Positions 47,869-64,000 of a stretch of 64,000 nt of DNA are shown piece after piece. Each line of letters begins with the position of its first letter. Position 1 is the stretch's first letter. The DNA comes from the human T2T-CHM13v2.0 reference genome, Homo sapiens. The notes under the pieces are model-generated. The model searched no databases. It was given only the letters and a program-made list of their open reading frames with translations, and was not told where the DNA came from. The stretch lies in the NCBI RefSeq assembly GCF_009914755.1, contig NC_060942.1; one strand, 5' to 3'. The translations under genes and the position numbers were made by a program.

Positions 47869-48832
47869 GTATACTTGTGCTCGCTCAAGCCTGAGTGTGC
47901 TGCTGGTGGTATAATTGTGTGAAACCCTTCCATAGCATAAGTCAATAGTTTGCTTCTAAGGAATGGGGCTCAGGTCGAGGAGGAATGAGGCAAATGGCTT
48001 CTATCTTTCTTTATAAACTGATGAGCTTTTTGACTTTGAAAACCATACACATATTACTTTGATAAAAGTAAAAACAAAATTTAAAAAGAAAGCCCTCTGC
48101 AATTAGGTCTTCCTCCCCACAACATGAATATCCTGAGGGCTAGGATGAGTTCTGTGGCATCATGTTATTTAAAATTATGTTTTAAAACCACCTTTACATG
48201 GTATTGATAGTTTCATTTTCTTTACTTGTTTTAAAATGTATCATTGGTAAAATTATCAATCCTTTCCATCCACAGCCACAATTTCGCATATGGTAAAAAG
48301 GATTTGTCTTAAGTACTATATGGATTATGCACTCAATTTTTATTGGAAACCATACTTCCCAGCAATCTTTTTTTCTTTTAGATCTGTTCCAAAAAATTGC
48401 TTAAACATATTTTTTCACATGTGAGATGAGTGACTCCCAGAAAAAAAAAATTGCTCTTCAACAAAACAAGATAAAACTCTACAATACCGGAATTAACATA
48501 ATTTAAGCATCACCACTGAAGTAATTTAAACATATAGTAAGTTAGTTAATTGCAGCCCAGTCTCTATTCTTATGCCACCAGAATGAAAAAAAAAAATGGA
48601 TGGAGAATTTTTGGATGGAGAGAGTAAATAATTAGTCTAGATATTCCACATACAAATAAAAATGTGACAAGTAAAAGATCAGGGGCCAGGGATTATCTTT
48701 TACTAAAACAAATAGTTTACCCTCCAACTGCTATATAGGGAGTCTCAGTTGTTTTTCTCAGGAACCTAGCCAAAGCTTTAAGAAGCATTGCTGTTTTTCG
48801 TTTTTTTTTTTTCTTTTTAAGAGAAAGATTTG

Positions 48833-49096
48833 GCCGGGTGTGGTGGTTCACACCTACAATTCCAGCACTTTGGGAAGTTGAGGTGGGAAGATTGCTTGAG
48901 CCCAGGAGTTCGAGACCAGCCTGACAAAAAGTTAAAAAGTTAGCCAGGTGTGGTGTTATGCTCCTGTAGTCCCAGCTACTCAGGAGGCTGAGGTGGGAGC
49001 ACTGCTTGAGCCTGGAAGGCCAAAGCTGCAGTGAGCTGTGATCATGCTACTGCACTCCAGCCTGGGTGCCAGAGACCCTCTTTCCAAAAAAAAAAA
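48833..49096 (+). mobile_element. AluJ
   Basis: Diverged Alu followed by (ga)n. Confidence 0.88.
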
Positions 49097-49534
49097 ACAA
49101 GAGAGAGAGAGAGAGATTTAATTCTCTGGCTTTCTTGTCACTTCCACAGCTAGAGGGCCTGGCAGAGAATAAATGATAAGACCAGTCAGCAGTACTTGCT
49201 GCCTTAATTTCAGAAATAAAGTTGAATAGAAAAAGTTACTGACTGCAACCACCAAACACATTCTTCTGCTGTCCAGACTTCAAAAAGTCACATACAAAAT
49301 GGCAATCCATCCAGGCTCAGCCAAAAACGCTCGACACACATATTTTGAAGAAAAAGTACTAGTAACAGTTTTGAGAGCTTGCTGACCCTGAGCAGATCTC
49401 AGCCTCTCTGAGATCAATTTCCATATCTGTAAAAGAAAATGAAAGTGATTTTGTCAATGTTACCAAGTTTACATGTGATCAAATGCTATCATAAACATGA
49501 AAGTGCCTAATAAACTACACAAAGAACTCTGCTA

Positions 49535-49969
<435 letters not shown>

Positions 49970-50084
49970 TTAAAATTCAACAATAGCTCACTCACTATTT
50001 TAAAATCTAAAATAATATATTGGTCTAGAGCCATCATTTATTAATAAACCCTAAATCAAGTAATAGTGTGTGGTATGTTAACTG

Positions 50085-50255
50085 TTTGCTATGGCCTGAA
50101 GCCTGGCCATCTGCAAGCCAGAAAGAGGGCCCTCACCAGAACCAAGCCATGCCAGTACCCTGATCCTGGACTTCCAGGCTCCAGAACAGTGAGAAAATTG
50201 TTTAAGCTACCCAGTCTATAGTATTTTGTTATGGCAGCCTGAGCTGACTAATACA
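50085..50255 (+). mobile_element. MaLR LTR fragment (MLT1-like)
   Basis: ggacttccaggctccagaacagtgaga...gctgactaataca. Confidence 0.7.
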
Positions 50256-51359
50256 CTGATTTATGTGAGGGATGTTTCTATTGTGGTGTTCATAACATAT
50301 ACCTAGTACTGGATATGATAAATACTTGTCAAACTGGTACTGGATAAAGCAAACAAAAACTCTAGTAAGAACAATTTTTTGCAGGTATCAAAATCCACTT
50401 CATTATGTGGCATTTTTTTTTTCTTGCACTAAAAGGAAATTAACATCATTGTGGAAAACTGGAAGAAACCACATATTCCCTGTATCACTGTCAAAATATT
50501 GGCTAAATTATTTATAAGAATACACATATCCCTCATATCAGGAATTGCAAGAATATAATGATAAAGTTATTTAATTATTTAGAAAACATTCGTTGATTGA
50601 CAGAACTGTAAAGATAAGAGGATCCTTCTCAGTCTACTGGCCTCGACAGAAAAGAAACTACAGTGATGCTATGACCCATGGAGATGGGTCACAGACAGTT
50701 TGTGGGAAAGGGCAATGCCAGAGGTAGGTCTTAACTGACAGGCTGAGGAGTTAACCACTTAAAGGGGTTAAGTCAAGGTCACTAATGAGTAAAGGCTCAG
50801 CAGTGGTAAAAATGGTACACAGGACAAATACTGGGGAAGGATAAAAGAGGAGGGGGAGGAGGAAGGGGCACCTTATGGTAGGCTTGTAAATCACATGAGA
50901 GTGTTGAAGTTTATATTGAAGGCTACAGATACTGAAGAACTGAAGAATTTCAAACCACTGAAGAACAAGCTCAGCTTCACCTGAGAGAAGCGAAACTGGA
51001 GGCAGGATGACCAGTAAGGAGTTTGCTACAAAAATCTATGCTTGCTTATCTAAAAACCCAAATTAAAAACAAATAAAATAAAAAAACCTAGGCAACAAGA
51101 AAGCACCTATATAAACAATATTTAGTAAGTATTTAAAATATTTTAAACTTCTATTTTAAAACATATTTAGATATTTTTAAACAACCTTATCCACTTAGAC
51201 AAGCCAATGTAGTGTGTTCCCTTAATTTGGAGACCACATTCAAAACACATTCTCAGGCAAAATATTTCTAGGCTACCTCTGTAGAGAAGACAAAATGTGG
51301 AAGACAAAGTTCCAGACGGCAAAGTATTAATATTTCTGGGCCATTCTAATAGTTTGTAG

Positions 51360-51659
<300 letters not shown>

Positions 51660-52147
51660 CCCTGTACCAGGAGTTTTTAATGTAAGGGCACAAATCTCAA
51701 TCACCTGCACAAATTTTGGAAAATACACACTACTGAACTTCACTTTAAAAATCTGAATATAGATCTAGAGTAGGGTTTGGGCATTATATTTTTTAAATGC
51801 TCTTTTAATAATTCTGAAATATACTTTCAAGTGAGAATTACTGGTTTATTGGAACAATGGCTTTAAATACACAAAATTGAGACCATTCTACAAATTCTGA
51901 GATGCTACAGACATCATACAAATCTATGCTTTCCTAAATTAGCTGTGGAGATGGAATGGAATTACAGTATATTTTATATTACCCCAATCAATAATGTGAA
52001 GTTAACTGTCACTTATTATTCTCCAATTAGCTCATATAGTTTATTTAAATAAATTACATTCCTTGAAGGCAAGAACCAAGTATTTCTCTTATAAACCCAA
52101 AATGTCTGAAACAATGTTAGACACATTGCAGGTGTTCTAAAACATAT

Positions 52148-52649
<502 letters not shown>

Positions 52650-52789
52650 CTAAGGGTAGAATAATCAAAGACTTGTTATTAAACATAACTAACAAGATGA
52701 AATGAACATTATTCAGCCTGTAGCATTAGTGAGTATTAAAAGCTCATTAGATTTCAAAACCATGAAGGAAGATAGCAATATAGATTAGT

Positions 52790-55700
52790 TATGTCTATTT
52801 TTAAACTTTAGGTAAAGGAATTATCCAATATATATTCTTTTGTGCCTGTCTTTTGCTCAAATTGTGTCACAGTCATCCATATTGCTTTGTAGGACCACAG
52901 TTCATTCTTTTTCATTGTTATGCAGCATTCCATTATATGAATACAATTTAGTCATTCTACCATTTCTAATTTTCATTATGATTATGCTGCTATGAACATT
53001 CTCATACATGTCTTTTGGTGCACATATTTATGAGCATTTGTATAAGAGTGAAACTGTAGGACCATAGAAGATGTGTATGATGAGCTTTAGTTACTTCTGC
53101 CAAAAAGTTTTTCAAAGTGGTTGTGCCAATTTATACTTCCATCAGCAGAGTATGAGTTCACACTGTTCTATAACCTTATCAAAACTTCCTATTTTCAGGT
53201 AAGAATGTGTAATTCAAAAAACAAACAAAGACCCTCCAGCTTTCTGGATACCTTACAATTCATACATATAATTAAATGGTTTGAAGTACATTCAGAGTTG
53301 TGCAACTATCACCACATTCAATTTTAGAGTATTTTTACCACCCCAAAAGAAACCCTGTACACATTGGCAACCACTTCCCACAACCTCAGGCCCTCCAGCA
53401 CCAAGCAACCACTAATCTACTTTCTGTCTATATAAAATTGCCTAGCATAAAGAGTATCACATGCTATGTGGTCTTTCTTATAAACAGTATCATATGATAT
53501 GTGGTCTTTTACGACTAGCTTCTTTCACTTAATATAATGATTTCAAGGTTCATCCATATTGTAGTGTGTAATAATACTTCATTACTTTTTTGCCAAATAG
53601 TATTCTACAGTATAGATATCTACAGTTTAGTCATCAGCTGATGGACATCTGGGTTGTTTCCATTTTTTGGCTTTTATGAATAATGCTATTTTGAACATTC
53701 CATGTTTGTTTTCAATACTCTTGGTATACCTAGGAGTAGAATCACTGTGTCATATAGTAACCATGTTTAACATTTTGAGGAACAGCCAGACTGTTTTCCG
53801 AAGTGGCTGAACCATTTTACATTCTCTTTAACAATATACGACAATTCCAATTTCTTCACCACCTCACCTATACTTGTTATTATTTAGTGTTTTTAACTTT
53901 TTTATTTATTATATTTATTATTTATTAACTTTTTTATTATAGCCATCCTGGTTGGTGTGAAGTGGTATCTCATTATGGTTTCGGTTTGCACTTCTCTAAT
54001 GATTAATAATGTTGACCATCTATTCATGTGCTTATTGATCATTTGCTTATGTTCTTTGGAAAAAATTCTATTCAGTTCCTTTGTAAATGTTTTAATTGAG
54101 TTATTTATCTTTTATTATTTAGTTCAAATAGTTCTTTATATATTTTGGATAGAAATCACTCATTAGATACCTGAGTTGTAAATATTTTATCACAGTCTGT
54201 GGTTGTCTTTTAAAGCATGAACTTTTTAAAATTTTGATGAAATCCAATTTATCTATTTTTTCTTTGGCACTTGTGCTTCTGGTATCGTATCTGAGATGGT
54301 TTTACCCAACCAAAACTCACAGAGCTTTTTGTCTGTATGTTCTTCTAAGGGTTGTATAGCTTTTTATCTTACAGTTTGTAAGTCTATGATTATGAGTTAA
54401 TTTTTGAAGATGGTGTGAGGTAGGAGTCCAATTTTACTTTTTTTTATATGGCTATTCAGTTATTATAGCACAATTTGTTGAAAAGGCTATTTGGCACCCT
54501 TATTGAAAATCAATTGATATAAATGTAAGGATTTTTTAATGGACTTTAAATTCTATTTCATTGATCTATGTCTCCCCTTATGCCAGCATCATCCTGTTTT
54601 GATTATTGGACCTTTGCACTAAGTTTTAAAATTGGAAAGCACAACTCCTCCAATTTTGTTCTTCTCTTTCAAGATTGTCTTGACTATTCTGGATTCCTTG
54701 CATTTTCTCTAGGATCAACTCATCAGTTTCTTCAAAAAAGCTAACTGGGATTTTGATAGACACCACATTAAACCTATAAATCAATATTAAGTACTATCAT
54801 CTTAATAATATTAAGTATTCTGATCTGTGAATATGGGAAGTCTTTATCTTTAAAAAGATCTTTAATCTTCTTTCTTTCAACAATGCCTTATAGTTCTCAT
54901 AGCATGAAACTTGTACTGTTAAATTTATTCCTAAGTATTTCATCCTTCTTAATATTGTAAATAAAATTATTTCCTTTATTTCATTTACAATTGTTCATTG
55001 TGCACAGAAAAACAAATGATTTTTATATAGTGTTCCTAAATCCTGCAATCTTATTAAACTCATTCATTTGTCCTAATAGCCTTGTAGTGGACTCTTTAGG
55101 ATTTTCTATATATACAAAATTATGTCATCTATAAACACAGTTTTATTTTTTCAACCTCATAATCTGGATGTCTTTTCTTTTTTCTTGTCTAACTGTCCTG
55201 GTTAGAATCCCCATTATGATGTTAAATAAAAATGGCAAGAGAGGACATCCTTGTCTTATTCCACATCAGGGAACGAATTTAGTGTTCCAGCATTAAGTAT
55301 GATGTTAACTAGGGAATTTTCATACATGCTCCTTATCAGATTAAGAAAGTTCCCTCCTATTGTTAGTTTGTTGAGTATTTTTTTTTTATCATGAAAGGGT
55401 ACTGGATTTTTGTCAAATGCCTTTCTGCATTTTTTGTGAAGACTGTGTGATTTTTATTAATATCACTGATTACATAACTGATTTTCAAATGTTAAACCAA
55501 TCCTGTACTCCCAAGATAAATCAAATCCCACTTGTTCATGGTATATAATCTCTTTTATAGGTTGCTAGATTTAGTCTGCCAGTATTTCGTTGAGAATTTT
55601 TGCAGCTATATTCAAAAGAGATATAGGTCGATAGTCTCTTTTCTTGTGATGTCGCTGTCTGGTTTTCATATTAGGTTAATACTGACATCATGGCATGAAT

Positions 55701-56010
55701 TGAAAAGTGTCCTATCCCCTCCATCTTTTGGAAGAGTTTGTGAGAAATTGGTATTAAGTCTTCTTTAAATGTTTGGTAGAAAGCAATGCTGAAGGCTTGA
55801 CTTCATGAGAAGTTTTTAAATTATTCATTATCTCTCTTTGTATGTTATAGGTCTATTCGGATTTCCCATTTACTTGAGTCTAGTCAGTCTAGCTAAAGAC
55901 TTGTCAATTTTGTCAAGGAATCAGCTTTTGGTTTTGTTAATTCTAGTATTTTTCTACTATGTATTTCATTAACTTTCACTGTAATCTTTATTACTTCCTT
56001 CCTTTTGCTT
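52790..56010 (-). mobile_element. Old L1M (3'UTR and ORF2) remnant
   Basis: About 3 kb of reverse L1 text (gtgaagtggtatctcattatggttt, ttgatgaaatccaattt, gaggacatccttgtctt). Confidence 0.88.
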
Positions 56011-56104
56011 TTTTTTTGTGGAGGCTGCGAGAGCAGGTTGTGGCTCAAATGACAGAGACTATTACTGTTCTGAGATTTAGCAGACTGACATTTCTCTTTT
56101 TTGG

Positions 56105-56432
<328 letters not shown>

Positions 56433-56757
56433 TGATCATCCCCTCCTCCACTCTCTTCATAGTGCTGACTGGTTGAAGAGACAGGGCTAGTTTTCACTGT
56501 CACTGCTGAGATACCTCAAGCTCTAAAAACAAAACCACCACCATAAAACACACCCCCATATCCCTTCAAGCTACCTTTTCTTCTTTTCCTCCAACTTAAA
56601 GATAACATTGGATAATATTACTGTCTCCATTTTATAACTTTCTACTCACTTCCCAATCCATTCCAATCTGGATTTTACCCACTGCTGTAATTGCTCTTAT
56701 AAAATCACCAATGACCTCCACTACCCTGAATCAGGATTCTTTTCAGTCCTTAACTTA

Positions 56758-57088
56758 CAGTAGTCCTCCCCCTTAATCTTGGAGATACACTTCAAGATTC
56801 CACAGTAGATGCCTGAAACAGAAGATAGTACCCAACCGTATATGTAGTGTATTTTTTTCAATCTGATAACCAAGTGACTAATAGGTGGGTAGCATATACA
56901 ATGTGCATATGCTGGACAAAGGGAAGATTCATGTCCTCATGATACAGGATTCATCACGCTACTCAGAACAGCTTGCAATTTAAAACATGAATTGCTTATT
57001 TCTGCAATTTTCCAATTAGTACTTTCAGATGGCAGGCTACAACTGAAAAGTGTGGAAAGACAAACCACAGATGAGGGGGGACTACTGT
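56758..57088 (-). mobile_element. MER44A-like (Tigger) inserted in an L2 remnant
   Basis: TA|cagtagtcctccccct ... gaggggggactactg|TA. Confidence 0.8.
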
Positions 57089-57651
57089 ACTAAGCTACTC
57101 AGTAACATCCCACTGTTGTAGTATCTCTTCAAACACTTCCTGACTCTGGTGAAATCCCACTGTCTAGGTTTTTCCATCTCTCTGTTTTGCTCACTTGTCA
57201 AGTTCTCCTGTCAGTTCTTCCATCTCTACCTAAACAATAAATACTAGAGGAGATTCTAGGGCTGTCTGGGGCACCAATTCTTTTTGTACTCTACTGTTTT
57301 CTTTCATAATTTCATCTTCTCACATGACTTCATTTATTATCTATGCTTGACAAACTCAAATTTCAATCTCCGCCCTAATTCGTGCTGCTGTTCTATGGAT
57401 TTAAATGCAACTGGCTATTTTACATCTCCACTTGCGTATCTCATAGAAATCTCAAACTGAGCATGACTAAAATTTATTTCATTATATCTTCACCTTCTTA
57501 CCTAGCACCATCACCCCAAATTTTCCTCCAATACTGTTTAACTCAGTAAAGGTATTACCCTTCACTCAGTGGCTTAACCCAGAGGGCCAAGAGATCTTTG
57601 ACTTCATCCACTCTTATTCCCAAAGTCCAAGAGTAAATTCTGCCTTTTATA

Positions 57652-57940
57652 CCTTTTTTTTCTTCCTTCGAGACATAGTCTTGCTCTGTCACCCAGGTTG
57701 GAGTGCAGTGGCGTGATCTCAGCTCAATGCAACCTCTGCTTCCCAGGCAAGTGACTCTCCTGCCTAAGCCTCCAGAGTAGCTGGGATTACAGGCGCCCAC
57801 CACCACACCCTGCTAATTTCTGTATTTTTAGTAGAGACAGGTTTCACCATGTTGTCCAGAGTGGTCTCAAACTCATGACCTCAAGTGATCTGCCCACCTT
57901 GGCCTCCTAAAGTGCTAGGCATGAGCCACCATGCCCAGCC
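57652..57940 (-). mobile_element. AluS
   Basis: Reverse Alu. Confidence 0.92.
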
Positions 57941-57969
57941 TCTACTTTTAAAATATCTTTTGATCCACA

Positions 57970-58425
57970 TAAAATTCCTAGGGCTGCCATAACAAAGCAG
58001 CACAAACTGGGTGGCTTAACAGAAATTTTTTCATAATTTTGGAGGCTAAAAGTCTGAAATCAAGGCGTAAGCAGGGTTGGTTCCTTCTGGGGGGCTCTGA
58101 GGGATAATCTCATCCATGCCTCTCTCTTAACATCCAGTAGTTGCTGGAAATCCTTGGTATACCTTGTCTTATATATGCATCACTCCAATCTCTGCCTCAG
58201 TTGTCACATGATCTTCTGCGTGTGCATCTGTGTGTCTCCAAATCTCTCTTTTCTTATAAGGGCACCAGTCATTGGCTCTAAAGCCCTCAATCTAACCCAG
58301 TATGATCTCATCTTAACTTGATTATATCTGCAAAGACTCTGTTTCCAAACAAGGTCACCTTCATAGGTATCAAGGGTTGGGACTTCAACACATCTTTTTG
58401 AGGGACACAATTCAAACCCCAACTT
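57970..58425 (-). mobile_element. MLT1 (MaLR) LTR
   Basis: gggctgccataacaaagcagcacaaactgggtggctta...gggacacaattcaaaccc. Confidence 0.8.
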
Positions 58426-58732
58426 GATCCCTTCTACTTTTCTGGATAGCGGTGAACAGATGAACTCTGGAAGATGACATTTGAATCCTAGCTCCACCAC
58501 TTTCTACTTTCTACCTGTGTGTTCTTACAAAAGCCACCTACTCTCTTTGTGATTCTAGTTTTCCACTGGAAAACAGAAACTCTCTCATAGAGTTGCTGTG
58601 AAGGCTACACCAGTTAATATATGTAAGGCACTTGATACAGATCCTGTACGTAAGTGCTACGTAAGTATTAGCTATTATTATTGTTGTCATACCCACTTGT
58701 ATCTACTTGCCCTATTTAGAATTGTTCTTCCT

Positions 58733-59086
<354 letters not shown>

Positions 59087-59716
59087 TTAAGACCCTCTTC
59101 TCACCTGCCTCAGTTTTCACACCAGGTCTACACTGCTTAAAGCTCTCCTCACCCTTCCAGCTCCTCCCAACCCTTCACCTTCACCGAGTTAATGTTTACT
59201 CATGTATCAGATTTCAGGTTAGACACGCTTCCTCCAAGAAGCTTTCGCAGATACACAAGTTAGTATCTGCCCGTACTTCTCTTACATAATACTCTCTATA
59301 CTTGTTATTGTCATTTGTTTAGTTTTTATTTAGATTAACTTCCATCAGAAGGGCAGAGTAGCTGCTGTAACTTCAGTTACTATAAATGGGCCTGGCACAT
59401 ACTTTGCACTCAATAAATATCTTCTGAAGTAAATGAAATGAATCAATCTTGCTCCTGGGTTTACGTTTCAGTGATTCAAACGGGCATACTTGGTACACAA
59501 CGTGAGGTCCTGGAAGGTATAACTTGTGTTTTCATTTTTGAATTTCTAAATTCTAGCAGAGTTTTTGGCACACTCTATGCACCCAATAAGCTATCTGAAT
59601 AAACTTTTCTTGGAACATGAGTGTCTGAATGTCCTGATAACTCCAACACGTTCCCTTCCTGTAATTCCTAAAGCCCAGGAACACTTATTGCCTTCCATCA
59701 GTTAGTGAACTACTGA

Positions 59717-60066
<350 letters not shown>

Positions 60067-60131
60067 CCACACCCCCAACTCTTAGCCCGAAACTCAGACC
60101 CCGGGTTTTCGACTATTAAAAGTAGTCACAG

Positions 60132-60190
60132 GACCGCGACACTGCACTTCAGCCTGGGCAAAAGAGCGAGACTCCCCCTCAAAAAAAAAA
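60132..60190 (+). mobile_element. Very short 5'-truncated Alu
   Basis: About 55 nt of Alu 3' end; TSD aaaagtagtcacag at 60118-60131 and 60187-60200. Confidence 0.88.
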
Positions 60191-60279
60191 GTAGTCACAG
60201 AAAACTGAATTAAATTACTGACCTGAAGTAATCGCAAGCAGAGGCGTCCCTGACTGACTTCTATATCCCTCCACCCCAA

Positions 60280-61560
<1,281 letters not shown>

Positions 61561-61845
61561 GCACTTGATGCTCCCAGGAGATACAGGAGATACTAATATT
61601 CCCATTTCAGATTTCAGAATGCTAAAACAAAATAACTGTTTTAAAATTACTCAGTGAGAAACATCCCCTCCTTGACCAAACTCCAACCAAGATCCTCTGA
61701 GCCTCTTCTTTTTTTTTGTCCCCCCCCAGGAACAGGGTCTTGCTCTGTTGCCCAGGCTGGAGTGCAGTGGCACCATCATAGCTCAATGCAGCCTTCAGCT
61801 CCTGGCTCGAGCAGTCCTCCTGCCTTAGCCTCCTGCTTAGCTGTA

Positions 61846-62773
61846 TGTGATGGTTAAGACTGAGTGTCAACTTGATTGGATTGAAGGATGCAAAGTATTG
61901 ATCCTGGGTGTGTCTGTGAGGGTGTTGCCAAAGGAGATTAACATTTGAGTCAGTGGGCTGGGAAAGACAGGTCCACTCTTAATCCAAGTGGGCACCATCT
62001 AATCAGCTGCTGGAGTGGCCAGGATATAAAGCAGGCAAAAAACCAATGAAAAGGGTATGCCAAGACCAGCTCGGTTGGGGAGACCCTAACCCAGCGGTGC
62101 TAGAGGAATTAAAGACACACACAGAGGTGTGAAGTGGGAAATCAGGGGTCTTATAGCCTTCAGAGCTGAGATCCCCGAACAAAGATTTACCCACGTATTT
62201 ATTAACAGCAAACCAGTCATTAGCATTGTTTCTATAGATGTTAAATTAACTAAAAGTATCCCTTATGGGAAATGAAGGGATGGGCCGAATTAATTGCAGC
62301 AGGAACACGTCCTTAAGACACAGATCTCTCAGGCTTTTGTTTGTGGCTTAAGAATGCCTTTAAGCAGTTTTCCAACCTGGGTGGGCCAGGTATTCCTTGC
62401 CCTCATTCCCGTAAACCCACAACCTTCCAGCTTGGGCGTTAGGGCCATTATGGACATGTTATAGTGCTGCAGAGATTTTATTTATGGCCAGTTTTGGGGC
62501 TAGTTTATGGCCAGACTGTTGGGGGCTTGCTCTCAACAAGGGTAGACTGGCTTAGCCTCCCAGCCTACATCTTTCTCCCATGCTGGATGCTTCCTACCCT
62601 TGAACGTTGGACTTCAAGTTCTTCAGCTTTGGGACTCAGACTGGCTTCCTCAGCTTGCAGACGGCTTATTGTGGGATCTTGTGATCGTGTGAGTTAATAG
62701 TACCGAATAAGCTCCCTCTTTGTATATATATCTCCTATTAGTTCTGTCCCTCTAGAGAATACTGACTAATACA
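61846..62773 (+). mobile_element. MLT2A (ERVL) solo LTR inserted in an Alu fragment
   Basis: tgtgatggttaagactgagtgtcaacttgattggattgaagg ... ctgactaataca. Confidence 0.9.
62058..62538 (-). mobile_element. MER9 (HERV-K/HML-3) solo LTR
   Basis: Reverse of tgttgagagcaagccccc...ggccataaac...aaaatctctgcagcact; 6-bp TSD agggta at 62052-62057 and 62539-62544. Confidence 0.88.
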
Positions 62774-62861
62774 CTCTATTACAGGAATGGGTCATCCCGC
62801 CAGGCTGAGCCCTCTTCTTGACAACACCTCAATATTGGCCACTTAAAAACTACAGATTCTC

Positions 62862-63452
<591 letters not shown>

Positions 63453-63487
63453 TTACCCAACACTAAAACACTTGAATACTAACATAG

Positions 63488-63805
<318 letters not shown>

Positions 63806-64000
63806 AATACTAACATAGTTTCTAACAGCTCGCTGTTGCATTCAGTTGCTACTGTTGCTACTTGCCTGAAAAAGCTTCAGGCTGCCAAAAAATTTACTGT
63901 TTGTTTTAGCCAACACCTTACAATAGGCCCCAACCTTCCTTTCTTAGAGCGTTTACTCAAGAGGGCTTACAATTGTGAATCCTTCTCCTGTCCCTTTGAG

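Overview
This is primate (human-like) genomic DNA, dense in Alu, L1, L2, LTR and DNA-transposon remnants. It holds two tandem minus-strand genes, each with a CpG-island promoter. IER3IP1 is complete: 3 coding exons (60583-60493, 41846-41745, 40542-40487) giving 82 aa. About 4.5 kb past its 3' end begins HDHD2, a HAD-family hydrolase, with a non-coding exon 1 at ~34.7-34.8 kb and coding exons at 20754-20654, 19019-18811 and 14628-14544; the remaining exons appear to lie beyond the left edge. From memory of the proteins this matches the human 18q21 HDHD2/IER3IP1 locus, which I could not check by search. A disabled SUMO2 retrocopy lies antisense in HDHD2 intron 1. The most interesting leads are: (i) all three frames of HDHD2 exon 2 could be used (main ORF, an overlapping uORF, and an IER3IP1 read-through frame), and this exon ends in a GC donor; (ii) a candidate alternative last exon of HDHD2 at ~12.2-12.3 kb; (iii) a Ricksha/MULE DNA transposon that retains transposase motifs; (iv) four local inverted-duplication scars. 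I found no evidence for a wholly new multi-gene system, and most ORFs in the supplied track are repeat-derived. Repeat boundaries and subfamily names come from visual recognition and are approximate.
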